A stretch of DNA of 64,000 bases from Leidyana gryllorum EB-2025a (GCA_048772705.1 JBLWGC010000213.1:62001-126000); one strand, 5' to 3'. Positions 44,607 to 56,463 are shown, numbered from the stretch's first letter. The notes: generated by a model not told the origin, from the letters alone. Translations and numbers: made by a program.

Positions 44607-47600
44607 ATGAAGTGGCTGTGTTGCCTCTTAGGTCTCCTCAGTGGAAGTCGATCCCTGCGTACCACCTATGATCAGGTACTCATCCGCTTTGACTCTCAGT
44701 GTCTTGAGTCTCAAGATGCGCTGACCCTCGCTCGGGAATTGCGAGCAAACCTCGAAAATACTCTCCTACAAGTGCTTGAGGCACAGCGGGATCTCGATGT
44801 TGACAGCATCGAGGGTTCGTCTTTTTTACTTGAAGGGGCGGCTTTCACCTCGGCTGCCAGCCTTTCACGCGAACACGCTATCCACTCTCTAATAGACTGG
44901 CTCGATCACCACAATAATTCTCATCTAGTCGACCACGCCCTCGACAGCATCCTCACCCATATACACGACGCTGGGGCTATAGTCCATCAGCACTTCTTCC
45001 CCCCCGTTGCTGCCGACAGCCGCTCCTCAGAGCCCCGTCAGTACGACCTCGACTACCTCTTTGGGACACCTGCCCCACACTCAGCAGTTCCCACATCAGC
45101 ATACAATGTAAAAGACCCCGACACTCGCTCGCGCGTCGACGATGACGATCGGGGACGCCCCCGCCGTGGGGGTGGACGAACTTCTCGAGACGGAGGACGA
45201 CGGGGGGGAGACAGTGACTCTCGATCTGGCCGTGGAGGACGAAACGGAAACGATGACACCCGGTCCGGACGGGATGGGAGAGATGGCTCATACGGCAGCA
45301 ACCCCGACGCCAGAGGAGATGACATTGACTACATAACTCCTGGAGATGACTATGAGATCGACAACAACGACGGGAACGACGGGAACAACTTTCACTATGG
45401 AGACTACGACGAGGGTGGAGACTATCACCCTGGCAACGGAGGTGATTGGGGGGACAACGGTGGTGGAAATTATGGGGGCGGAGCCGACGACGACGCCGAC
45501 GACAACGACGACAGTGGCGATCGAGTCAGACCCACTCATTCTCCCTACCCGCCCACCACCAATGGCCATTGGCCCCCAGACTACAACAACTGGGGGCCGT
45601 ACCCCCCCAGCAGTGGTGGAAACAACCACTACTGGCCTCCTGGGAACAACGTGGATTACCTGCCGGGGCGTCCTCCATATGGCAGGCCTTCTTATCCATC
45701 TCCTCCGAGCATCCCCAACTACGACCACTCTTATCACAACGACTGGTACCCGGTCGATCCGGTGCCGATGCCTCGACCCCCTGTCCCGCGACCTCCCGTC
45801 CCGCGACCACCGAGTGCACCCGTTGTGATTGAGACACGAGGGAAGAAAGGCGGAAAGGGCGGTTCGAGTAAGTTACGCTCACTTCTCCTCGCACCCGGCT
45901 GACAGTAAAGACACGACACGACACGACCCGATGGATCGATCGATCCACCCTCCCTCCCAGAGGCCCTTTGCTCATTATCGCTTCACTTGGCAGAGTTCAA
46001 AAAGGCGAAACGAGCCATCATGGACGAGGACGAAGAGATCGATCTCCCCATGGAGTTCAACTTTGTAATGCCCAAAGAGAAGGCGGCCAAGAGGCCAAAG
46101 CAGAAGGTAAAGTACGAACAAGGGATTGTGTACGTAGTGGACACCGCGACTACGACCACTCGTGCTCCACCATCCTATGTCAAGTTCTTCAAGAACAAAA
46201 AGGAGAAGGCTTACGAAAAGCACTATCATTATCACTATTATGTGATGGACAGCAATGTGACCACCAGCAGACCTACGACCACGACTCAGGGAATCGACCC
46301 AAACAGCGACACTGTGACTCCCCCACCAGTCTTCACTACGACTACAACAACTCGACGCCGGACCAGACCACCTCGCACAACCTGTACCACCCGTCCGAGT
46401 TGCTGCAATAACTGCTGCAACCACAACTCCTGTGATTGCCCGTGTTCCGCTTGCAGACGTCACTACGACGATTACGATTCTGATTCGAGCTCAGACCACT
46501 ATGACGACAATAACAGCTTTTCTGGCATCGATTCCTTTGCCGCCGCACTCGACACAGATGTCGCTGCCTCCAGAGCGGTTGCTGATGCGGCTGAGAACGT
46601 ACGCAATGCGCGCAGGGCAGCTGTCGCGGCCAGACTGAGAAGTGAGGCCCAGAGACTGCAAAGTGCCATCAGTAGACTCGCAAAGCGGAAGCGAGAGAAG
46701 GCCGAGGCCAAAGCTCGTGGGTTTGGTGGGCCTCAAATCGACGGCCTCGACGAAGATCTCGCGAGAGTGATGATAGACAGATTAGGATATGGTGGGAATC
46801 TCAACAAAGAGCTCGCAACCGCTCGCCGAGGACTCGACAAAAGTGTCATCGGTACTCCCCACTCGCAATGGCCGGCGAGTGTTGAAGATATTGTCACAGC
46901 TTTGAACGTCGAAGCTCTGCGCATTTCGGTTGAGAGAAACAGTTACAGCGACTTCACCTCACTTCTCAAAGGAGATGGTGACGTGGAAATGCTCGAGGTC
47001 GATCGTTGGAGAAACCGAGTCGGTGGTCACCGCGCCTCTCCACTCACATACCAATACCTCCCATATCTGGATATTCTGGTCGTCGAGAATTGGTATCTGA
47101 TGCGAGAGGAGCTCCTGACTCTCCTGTCGGCAGTACCGTGCGTCGTCGGCAGCCCCACACCCAACAACATTCGTGACACTGGCCGAGTGATGGATGCGGA
47201 AAAGGTGAATCAACGGAACCGTCTGGCCGCACCTGAAGAGGGGAGCCGATATATCACTCTGCCTCTCGATCGAGAGTTGCGACTCCAAGTTGTTGGTTCA
47301 ACCAGTTTCTTCAAAGACTCGGCCCATCGACCACCAGTGGATCAGCAGTACGCACTTCCTGCCGAACCTCATTTCCGGAACGGTGTGCACTTGTTGGGCC
47401 CCTATCAGGGCGTTCCCTACGGGGCGAACATGATAGAGTTGTGGTCCCTCCTGGCAGAAAAGTATTCCGAACCCGAGGAGTTAGCAGCCCAAAGAGCCGT
47501 CACATCAGATTTGTTTGAGTCACTCTCAATCGAAATGCCCATAGCCGTATTGGACACAGACTGTTTAGAGGACTCATATGCTCAAACAGGTGAGTGGGTT

Positions 47601-48549
47601 ATCCAGTATAATTCGTTTTGGAACAGTTTCTTCAGCTATAAAGCAAGTGTGTCCTGGATGTCAGAGCTTGTGTCTCGATGTGTTTGACGCACGCAACATG
47701 GGAGTGTCGACTGTCAGCCTGCTGAGAGCTTTCGAGGAGCTGATGCGCAGACCTGACATTAGAGTGACACTGCTGAACTATCATGGAAAAGGGTAAGATA
47801 CAATTGTGAACCATCAACTCTGAGCATGGACACATCTTTGAGCGTAGGCACGATGAGATAGAATTGATGGCTTTAAAGAAGCTGTCGAACGAACATACGC
47901 ACTTGCTGGTCACTTCGGCTGGGATCGGAGGATGTAATTTAGATTGCACACACACCAACAGCTGCAACGACAGGGTGCAAGACCGAGCTTGTGACAGGTG
48001 GGTTCCCGGGCTGCAGTTTGTGGAAACGATTTTTATCTTTGGCCACAGTGTGTCTCCAGCGACTTACGAGCTGGATCATCTCGTGGTGGTTGGTGCTTCA
48101 GGATCTGACGGACGTCCGCTCACTCATAGCAATGTGGGTGTGGGAACGGTGACTTTGTTCGCTCCCGGGGTCGAATTTCGCGGGGGAAAGTCTGCACACA
48201 CGTCGTCATGTGAGTTTAGCTGGCTGTGGGTCAGAATGCTTAATTCCATCGAGCAGATGATCTTCCGGCTGAAGCACTCAAGAGTGCTGCGACCACGGCT
48301 GCAACTGCCACAGTGATATGGGCCGCATTACCGAAGATGGGGGCGACGCATATCAAAGACGCTTTGATTCGGGGAGTGACACTGAGCAGCGAATTACAAG
48401 GTGAGTCAATGAGTCCCCGTGGGCGGACGTGTGCATCCTTTTTTTCATCGCTCTTCATTGCAGATGCCACCAAGAGTGGAGGAGTGCTCAATGCAGCCCA
48501 AGCTTTTGTAGCCTCGGTGAGGCTGAATGAGGTGGTGGTAGCACATTAA
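44607..48549 (+). CDS. Secreted subtilisin-like pseudoprotease with a large low-complexity insertion, multi-exon
   Basis: Signal-like MKWLCCLLGLLSGSRS; paralogous to the upstream gene (VLIRFDSQCLE, YLPYLDILVVEN, AVPCVVG, YGANMIELW, IAVLDTDC, VCPGCQ, HSNVG...LFAPG, KSGGVLNAAQAF). The HGT, AGN and GTS motifs are missing. Confidence 0.8.
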
Positions 48550-48582
48550 TAGTCGATTTTTTCTTCGTTACGAACAATCGCT

Positions 48583-49374
48583 TCAATCTTCGTCTACATC
48601 GACCACCTCGCCAGGAACGAAGGGGCCCGCTGTAACCTTTTTGGCCACAGTAAGCGTGGTGGAGGAAGCAGCCGTCGTGCAGCTCTTAGCTTTGCGTGCG
48701 GCTCGAAACAGGTCATGACCATTTGATTTCGTAGAGTTCGACTTTGATGAGGGCGCGGAGGGGATGATGGTCACCTCGTCGTCTCCGTCATCAGACTCGA
48801 TGGTGCAGCAGGTAGTGTTAGGCAGCGCCGGCCGCCCCGACCCCGTTCGGTACCGGAACCGTCCGTCGTCCTCTACCACCATGAGTTTATCCCAAGCCGG
48901 GCGTCCATTGTCAAAGGGCTTGAAAACGTCGCGGAACATGTCGCCGCTGACATCACCGCTGATGAAGAAGTTGTAGGTGTTGTGTACATGTTGAACCGGT
49001 GGACCACTGTGTGGGGCACAGCCCGAAGGCCCCATTCGGTGGTACCGATGACCATCACTCTTGGGCTCGCAATTGTCAAAGTACTCGTAATGTCTTGCAC
49101 GTCGGCCCCAGTGCCGGAGTTCTGAAGACGCGCCTTCCGTCCAATCTTGTGATTCTGCTGACACTTCGCCGTTATTGTATTGATAGGAAGAGGAAAGAGG
49201 CGGCGTAGTATGCGAACTAGGGGAGAAGTAGTGGGTAGTGGAGTAAGGAGCTGCTCTCAAGTGGGTAGGTGTCGAGTGGGACGGGGGATTGTATTTCACC
49301 ACTTTGGTCGCTTCTATAATCTGATCCAAAGTGACTTCCTTCTCCATAACCGACGTATCTCGCTGACCCGTCAT
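48583..49374 (-). CDS. Hypothetical protein (~263 aa, low complexity)
   Basis: Single ORF filling the gap between neighbouring genes; first ATG at 49374; no domain recognised. Confidence 0.6.
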   Translation of the reverse strand: MTGQRDTSVMEKEVTLDQIIEATKVVKYNPPSHSTPTHLRAAPYSTTHYFSPSSHTTPPLSSSYQYNNGEVSAESQDWTEGASSELRHWGRRARHYEYFDNCEPKSDGHRYHRMGPSGCAPHSGPPVQHVHNTYNFFISGDVSGDMFRDVFKPFDNGRPAWDKLMVVEDDGRFRYRTGSGRPALPNTTCCTIESDDGDDEVTIIPSAPSSKSNSTKSNGHDLFRAARKAKSCTTAASSTTLTVAKKVTAGPFVPGEVVDVDED

Positions 49375-49380
49375 GGTCAC

Positions 49381-51021
49381 CTATTGTTGTTGGACACGAC
49401 CGCCCTCGTGTACAGGCGGAAAGGGGATTTTTTTCGACACAACTAACATCCTCGGTTGCCACGCAATGTAGCCACGGATATAGTCTTGTCGGATCAAACT
49501 CCCCATCACACACATCATCTGGAAATTACCACACTTAGACACACACACACGCGGTGCAAACACTCACCTCTTCTTCGTCGAACTCCAGAATCTCATCTCC
49601 CAGCCGACTTTTCTCCAACTGGTCCATCTGCCATTTGAATCCAGCCGTGAAAAACCGTAGCGACACCACGTTCCCTTGGTCTCCTGCCTTGCCGTGTGCT
49701 AAACACCACCCATAAATACGTTCACATAACGACCGCTGCACCAGGTATTTGACTCGCTGGAGGCACAGCGTCGTTCCATCTTCGTAAAACCGGTCACTGT
49801 ACTTTGTCTGAGGACCGACGACGCGATGACACAGTATTTGTTTCAATCTGCGGACGGGTGACTCACCATGGCATCGTGGTACTGTAGCAGGTCTCCCTTC
49901 CTGATGGCTTCAACTACCTGTTTGTAGTGATCGAGTCTGAGGACCGATTTGTAGTGGATTCAGGTGTGCAGCGCAAACTCACTTGCAAGACTCGAGGAAG
50001 CCCCGCGGCGGCAAGTACCCCAGCTTCAAACGAACGGCCACCAAACAAGCGATGATGGATCTGAGGGAAGACATTGATTGATGGCCATTGATTGATTGTT
50101 GGAGCGGCTCACCTTTTCAGAGCCACCTGTTTGGCCGGGCAGTATGTGTAGGACCACACCAAAGGGTCCTCAGCTTGTGCAAAGCTCTCGCGTTGGAGGA
50201 GCAGATTCCCATAGTAGTACCGGAACCTGGTTGCGGGGCCCCTCGGGGCGTGGGGTGATATTGGTTGACTGGAGAGGGAGTTGTTCGGGGGGCGTGCGGT
50301 TCCACTCACTTGGCCGGGATAGTCTTCAAAAAGGCGGCGGCCATTTGAACGTTGCGTAGCTTCAAACAAACCCTGATGGAGCCACCCAGCAAGATCATAT
50401 AGGCTCCTTGGTTGGTATCATCTCCTCTAAACTTGCCTATGTGCTTCCGGATGCCATTGAGCACTTCTTGTAAGTATACATTTGATCCAAAGTTCATATT
50501 CTCGTCTTCCACTTCAATCATATCACTGGTCATTCCCTGTGAGTTCTCGTCGGCGAGGTCCGCCGCAGTAACTACAAAATCGCACACCGAGCCCAAAGCG
50601 GGTGTCAGACAGTGCCATGCGATATCATCGCGCAGCAGACCGATCCAACAGTCCACAATGTCCTGCCCGAGTCTCACAACAGCAACCCAATCCTGCGATA
50701 TAGCGGCCTGGAGAAGTTTAAAGTAGGACACGGCCGAGTTCCGAAAGTCGAGGCTCATTGAGGGACATAAGGCGGCGAAGATGGCGGTGAGTTGATGCTG
50801 AAGAACGGAGGTACAGAGTTGGCAACGCTATGGCTTCTTACCGCCGGCAAACTTAATACTTCGTCTGGAGTGACTAGCTTCCCTTTGTTCGTGTCCATCT
50901 CGAAGTGGGGGATAGTTGTCACCCGATGGGGTGTGAAGAGCCAAGCCAGACTGCCTCCATGGCGCCTCAGTAGCGCGGCCTCAACCTCGTAGGCCCACCT
51001 GTCCACAGAGGGGGGGGCCAT
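49381..51021 (-). CDS. PCID2: PCI-domain protein, PCID2/THP1/CSN12 family (TREX-2 subunit), multi-exon
   Basis: TRFRYYYGNLLLQRESFAQAEDPLVWSY, VAVRLKLGYLP, AIRKGDLLQY, and a C-terminal winged-helix signature CVMGSLIRQDYIRGYIAWQPRMLVVSKKIPFPP. Confidence 0.85.
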
Positions 51022-51039
51022 GGTACTTTGTTTTTTACT

Positions 51040-53100
51040 ATGTCAACTCCACGCGTAGCCCGCCATATACATGCCAGAGAGAAGATAGACCAAGCCTTCA
51101 CAGCTTTCTGTGCGGACATAGGCTTTGTGTCATCCAACAAGACCTTCCAGAAGCTTACCAGTGACTTCTTCAATCGTCAATGGGACGGTATCCAGTTTCA
51201 ACTACCTCCCCCCAAGAACCAGGAGCAACCCATCCAAGCCACTCCCTCGAATTCACCTAACAAGAAACAGACTACTCTGCGGAAAGACGTCCCCACATTG
51301 ACCACCGCGACTGATAAAGATAAGGAAAAGGCTCGCCAGGGCGGCCGCAAGCGAACCACACAGAGTGCCTCGCCCCAACATCAGCCCGATATACCTCCTT
51401 CCACTCCCGATAAATCTCAGACTACCGCTCCTCCCGTGACAGTGCCGACGACCGATGCACCTCCCTTCAACAGCTGCGCCTCCCTCCACGCCACGGCACA
51501 ATCTCAAACCACTGCCGGGGCGGCGACCCCCATAATCTCATGCCCTCCCTTAACGAGCCGCATCGAAATACTGGTGGCCTGTCCACCAGTGGGCCGCCGA
51601 AGCTTCCTGGACACCACCAAGCAGTCTGGGATTGGCGCTATAGACTCACTCATTGCCAAACTGGCCCTTGACCGTCTTGGCCCTCCCACTGTTCCCACCG
51701 AAATGTATCATATCACCCAGGGCCCCAACGGCCCACCAAACCTCATGATGCCAGCGCTCAGCAGACAACTGGTTTCTGCGACCGTACCTCCTGAACCTCC
51801 AAGACCGCTCAAGATAGGCGACGGAGTCATTACGGCGCACACCATTCTGCCCAATCCCGACGGGGCTGTAATCTGGTTAGCGGGAGTGGACTGTGACTGG
51901 GGGAGCTTTCCAGCCGCCTCTCGCACCTCCAGTCCCTATATAACTGTTCTGGCACTACCAAGGCGGGAGATAATGATCGATCATATGATTTTGTCAGAGA
52001 AGATTGGACCAGTGGTAGCATTGAAAGCCAGTGCTTCGGATGACGACACTGTGGCCGCCCTGACCTCCAATGGATCCATTCTGATCCTGACACTGAGTGT
52101 CACCCAACAAACTGACGGGACCGTATCGTGGCAACTAACTATTCCTTGCCGCCTATCGTTGTCGCACGCTATAAATCGGCCAAGAATCGAGGTTCCGAAG
52201 CTTTTCCTCTCAGTTATTCCTTATAAGCGTCAAGCTGCTTGTCAAGGTTTGTCTGCCAGCGTGCAAACGTTTGTCATGGCGGCGGTGGTATACGACGCAT
52301 CGAATGCCCACATCGGTTGGGTGGTGCAAGAACAACCGGGCGACCAAATAATCTCTTCGTCTACATGGTGTCTCGTGAACACAGGAGGATTGGTGGGCTG
52401 CGTGTGCGAGAATCGTGTGCGGGAGGTACCAGATATGAACACAGAGGAGCACTTGCTGATGCTGGATCTTGCGGCGGGTTTCCACGCGCTAGACGCGTAC
52501 GAGGCTTTGTTCACGAGCTTGGTGCATAAGTCTTGGGAAAAAGTGGTTGCCAGTGAGGCAGCAGCGAATGCAGTTCAGGAGTTCCGCACTCTGTATGTTG
52601 ACCTCTTCCTGGACACGTGGCTGCAACAACAGTTGCCGAATGGGGAGGCAGGGATGTGTCCGCCCACGCCGTCTGCTCGCACGCCCAGAAGGCAGGGGGG
52701 TCTAACATTGCCTGTGGGGCGTCGCCTGGATGGGAAGCTGGAACCATATACGCGTCCTGGGTTCAACGAAGTGCTGTTGGGTCAGATGAAGGGGGATCTG
52801 GAGAAAGTGTTCGAGTGTTGGGTGAACACGTTTGCGAGCAGTCGTTTGCACGTGTTGTTATTGGAGCGGTTGTTGCAGGCGGTGCGTAAGTTACGTCGCG
52901 AAGAGGAGTCAGGGAGTGATATTGCGAATGACTTACAAGAGATAGCTACTGAGGCTCACAACGAGCTGGATCGGAACAAGTTATTGGATAAGAGTAAAGC
53001 ATTGGATACTGTGATGGGTCTACGGTCTCTGCTTTTCCTAACGACCCTGGAGGTGCTTTTCAAGTTAAGCTCGAACTTGTTGGTGCGAAACTGTGTGTGA
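51040..53100 (+). CDS. Hypothetical protein (~686 aa): disordered N-terminal part, beta-rich middle, helical C-terminal part
   Basis: Uninterrupted 690-codon ORF, first ATG at 51040. Short hydrophobic strands suggest a partial propeller followed by helices (an APC4-like layout is a weak guess). Confidence 0.65.
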   Translation: MSTPRVARHIHAREKIDQAFTAFCADIGFVSSNKTFQKLTSDFFNRQWDGIQFQLPPPKNQEQPIQATPSNSPNKKQTTLRKDVPTLTTATDKDKEKARQGGRKRTTQSASPQHQPDIPPSTPDKSQTTAPPVTVPTTDAPPFNSCASLHATAQSQTTAGAATPIISCPPLTSRIEILVACPPVGRRSFLDTTKQSGIGAIDSLIAKLALDRLGPPTVPTEMYHITQGPNGPPNLMMPALSRQLVSATVPPEPPRPLKIGDGVITAHTILPNPDGAVIWLAGVDCDWGSFPAASRTSSPYITVLALPRREIMIDHMILSEKIGPVVALKASASDDDTVAALTSNGSILILTLSVTQQTDGTVSWQLTIPCRLSLSHAINRPRIEVPKLFLSVIPYKRQAACQGLSASVQTFVMAAVVYDASNAHIGWVVQEQPGDQIISSSTWCLVNTGGLVGCVCENRVREVPDMNTEEHLLMLDLAAGFHALDAYEALFTSLVHKSWEKVVASEAAANAVQEFRTLYVDLFLDTWLQQQLPNGEAGMCPPTPSARTPRRQGGLTLPVGRRLDGKLEPYTRPGFNEVLLGQMKGDLEKVFECWVNTFASSRLHVLLLERLLQAVRKLRREEESGSDIANDLQEIATEAHNELDRNKLLDKSKALDTVMGLRSLLFLTTLEVLFKLSSNLLVRNCV

Positions 53101-53141
53101 TTAGAAATTTCGGAAGTTGTGATTACTTTTGACGTCTTACG

Positions 53142-54122
53142 ATGAGCACCGGGAACTACTCGTTCGATCCTGAAGCCCACAGGCTCAAAGATACCACACG
53201 TGCGACTCATTCCTTCAATCAACGAGAGTATTTTGATGACAAAAAAGCCCGTAAAGGATGGTGGGTTCTCCACACGGCGACGGCCACCGATCATAAAACA
53301 CTGGCTCGAGCGCTAATCAACATTGTTGGTGCTACGTTGTTTGCGGTGGGCAGTTTAGGGTGGGTAGTCGGATTCCCAACTATCGGGACGTTTATCTTCG
53401 CTGGCTCGAATGTATTCTGCTATTGTGTCACTGGTACATGGTGGGCGCTCGCTGCACGAGCGACATTCAAGAATAGATACGAACGCGAAGCAATGTTGAT
53501 GAGACAAATTAGTACAGGCGAAGAGTCTATGAGGCGGATGCATCCCGGTTTAATGGAGTCTCCGGCTTCCGCCTTACCTCAACTTGACACGCCCGATGTG
53601 GTGAAAGCGTTCAGGATTCTTACTCACCTCGAGATGATGGCCGCCGCTTGGCAGGTCACCGGAGCCTTGGCGTTCACAGTCGGCTGTTTTACTGACTATT
53701 TCATTGGAGAAGCCTTCTACACCGAAACTGTACTGTTCTGGTTAGCGGGATCGTTCTTCTTCACACTACAAGCCATGATTTCCCAAATCATTTGCGAATC
53801 CGCTTGGGGACCCTTACTGCCGCTGTGGCCCATGTGGCCGTCTCTCCATCAGCAAATACAAATGGGCACTCTTGCAAACAGCTGCTGCACACGCAGACGC
53901 TTGTGTGTGCACAAGTGCGTACCAGGAGCTATGCTGAATTTCCTTGGTTCACTCATCTTTTCCGTGGCGAGCGTCTGTCTCTGGTACGAGAAGACCGACT
54001 GGCTTGGGGGCTGGGGCTATCTGGTTGGATCGGCAATGTTCGTCATCGCTGCTTATGCGGATGTCATTGGATTCCTGGATGCACTCGCCTCGCGCAGTCT
54101 GGCGCTAGGCAGCTCTCGATGA
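53142..54122 (+). CDS. Multi-pass membrane protein with repeated YrhK-like helical hairpins
   Basis: Three similar TM pairs: NIVGATLFAVGS..GTFIFAGS; QVTGALAFTVGC..WLAGSFFF; NFLGSLIFSVAS..GYLVGSAMF. Confidence 0.7.
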   Translation: MSTGNYSFDPEAHRLKDTTRATHSFNQREYFDDKKARKGWWVLHTATATDHKTLARALINIVGATLFAVGSLGWVVGFPTIGTFIFAGSNVFCYCVTGTWWALAARATFKNRYEREAMLMRQISTGEESMRRMHPGLMESPASALPQLDTPDVVKAFRILTHLEMMAAAWQVTGALAFTVGCFTDYFIGEAFYTETVLFWLAGSFFFTLQAMISQIICESAWGPLLPLWPMWPSLHQQIQMGTLANSCCTRRRLCVHKCVPGAMLNFLGSLIFSVASVCLWYEKTDWLGGWGYLVGSAMFVIAAYADVIGFLDALASRSLALGSSR

Positions 54123-54160
54123 TTTTGACTGTTTTGTTGGTTTTTTCGTACTGAGGGACT

Positions 54161-55204
54161 ATGGCTCAAAGACCCTGGGAGGTCTTACGTGACAAACCCA
54201 TTTCTTTGAGCGATGCTTCGGACTTTCTACACAAATCTTTGAGGGACATTCGAGCTACAACCTCCACCACGCGAAACTCGGTGCCATGCCCACCTCACCT
54301 ACTCGACTCTATCAACCGCCTCTCCACCGAAGTGGATGAGATCCTTCATGACAAAAAACGAAGACGTGTCCTCGAAGGCCTCCCCAGATCCTCTTCTTCG
54401 CGATCAGCTCCCTATGCCTCGCCCTCGGACCCCAAACCATCTCAACCCACACAATGTGTCTTTCGCAAGATGGTTGTGAGGTGAGTGCGCCCATCCAGAT
54501 GCTCCTTCTTTCACAGCACTCGTTGCGCCATGCAGAGGCTTGGCGCAGTTAATGCCCTTATATTTGGGTCATATAGAGTACGGAATAAAGCTGTTCCTGT
54601 CGAACTTCTTGATGGGGTAAGCATAGAGCCTCTACTCATCCTTCCAACTCGCTCGTAGCTTCGTGCCCGAATTTGAAGGCGTTTGGGTGGCATACCGAAA
54701 GGTACGAAGCCCCGATAAAATGGGCTTCACCTATGACGCTGAGCGCTTAGGCGTAATGGTGTTCAGAATTGAGCTTGAAGTTCTGGTATTCGCCCCCAAA
54801 CAGGGCTTCACTTTACGTAAGTGAACTAACTAGTGTTCGATCGATCGACTGAGTGTGTGCAGCTGCGTGTGTCACCGAGGTGCGACGCGACGGACTGGAC
54901 GCCCTAGTATTAGGCACGTGGATGGTGAATATTCCCAGTAACCGGTTTCTGGAAGGGAGTATCATTAGCCGGACGCGTGATGACACCATTGTGAAAGTGG
55001 TTGATCCCTTGAAGCCGAGTGCTCCCCCTCAGAAGATCGAGAAGACCAGCACTATAAAGTTCGTGGTTCTAAGGTAAGCAAGCACTGACGGTGGGGGGGG
55101 ACGCCAACTATCTGTTGTTATGCAGGCTACAGTGTACAGCAGGGGAAGGAAAAGAGTATTTCGCCATAGAAGGATCGCTGCGCGCAGTGAAGATCGCTAG
55201 CTAA
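54161..55204 (+). CDS. RPA43: RNA polymerase I stalk subunit A43 (Rpb7 family) with an N-terminal extension, 5 exons
   Basis: Introns 54481-54535, 54617-54658, 54817-54862 and 55074-55125 give ...QLMPLYLGHIEYGIKLFLSNFLMGFVPEFEGVWVAY...ELEVLVFAPKQGFTLPACVTEVRRDGLDALVLGTWMVNIP...IKFVVLR...FAIEGSL, the A43 tip plus OB-fold pattern. Confidence 0.8.
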
Positions 55205-55283
55205 GCAGGCACAATGACATTGTTCCCCAGCGGGTGGATATGGATGTGTGTGATAGTAGACACAGAGTCAATCAGTCAGTCAG

Positions 55284-56463
55284 TCATAAATGATGCTGGA
55301 TACCAGTAGGAGATACCTTGACAATGGGTGAAGCTGATGACTTGATATTAGTAATGTGGGCAGCCATGTTGGAAGCACTGAGGATGTCCCGACAATTGAC
55401 TTCACCCGCAAAACAGTCGTTCAGCGTAAACTGATCCGAAGGCGGCGGCTTGCTGGTGACCACACACGTTGGGTGGTCCGACAAACCAGGCGATCCTATT
55501 CGGAAGGGATCTGGTGAGTGCTGCCTACTCCGTGTGCTGAGCGGTCGTCGTGGCAATACTCCTGTTCTGGTGGAATAGGCGTCTTGCTCGTCGCGGCAGG
55601 GCATCTTGCTCAGGGACGTTATGCGTTTCTCCGGCAGTTTGAGTGGCCCATCAGGGGGGGTGGAGAGCAGCCTCGCCCACCTTCTCACAGAGTCGGGACG
55701 GGTCGCCCCTACCGGCTGTTGTGTGACCGCTCTATGCAGGTTGAGGTAGCGGATTTTGCAATCGAAATTGCTTGCCGCAACGGGGGGAGCGGGCAGTCGA
55801 TGAGCGGTGAGGGTCAGATCGGCCGAGGCCTGTGACGGTCCAGTGGTCGTCTCGTCGCTCGAGATATTCCTGGGAGTGTTGTTGGTCGCGGCAGAGACCG
55901 GCGGGGGAGGGTCTTCCTCCACTTCGTCCCCAAAGTCGTTTCCGGCCACTGAGCTCGACGAGGACGAAGAGTCGTCCTCGAGCATCATGTCGGTGGTAGA
56001 CTTTGGAGGCGACACGGCGGGGGAGTCGGTTATGAGAGGATACATATCCGTCGGGGCTTTGCTTTCTATCGGCTTCTCACCCCTCTCCGCCCGTTCCCGC
56101 TTCTCGGCTTCAGTCAAATGTGCCGAGATCCTCAGCATCCGGGCCATGTTTGGGTCCAGATAAGCCCTCAGAGAAAGGTGACTATCATCTACGGTAGGCA
56201 TTCGAAAATCAAACCGTTCCACCTTGTTAACCAGAAGTTGATTAGTGTCGCCGAGCTCCGCTTCCCAACTGGAATCTAAAGAGGTGCCACCGAAAGGGGC
56301 GGATGAGTCCACCGAGTGTGTCTGTGGTCTTACTGATGGGTCCGCGTGGAGAAACCTCTTTGGGTTTCCTTGGCGACATGCAGATGTGTACATCACTGCG
56401 CCCGCTGTGAGAACGGGCTCCAGGGGTGCTGCTGTCATAGGAGGTGTCACTTGCCGCGTCCCC
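55284..56463 (-). CDS. Hypothetical, largely disordered S/P-rich protein (5' exon not resolved)
   Basis: 388-codon ORF preceded by a polypyrimidine ...ctctcttttcag acceptor at ~56464; the upstream exon is uncertain. Confidence 0.55.
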
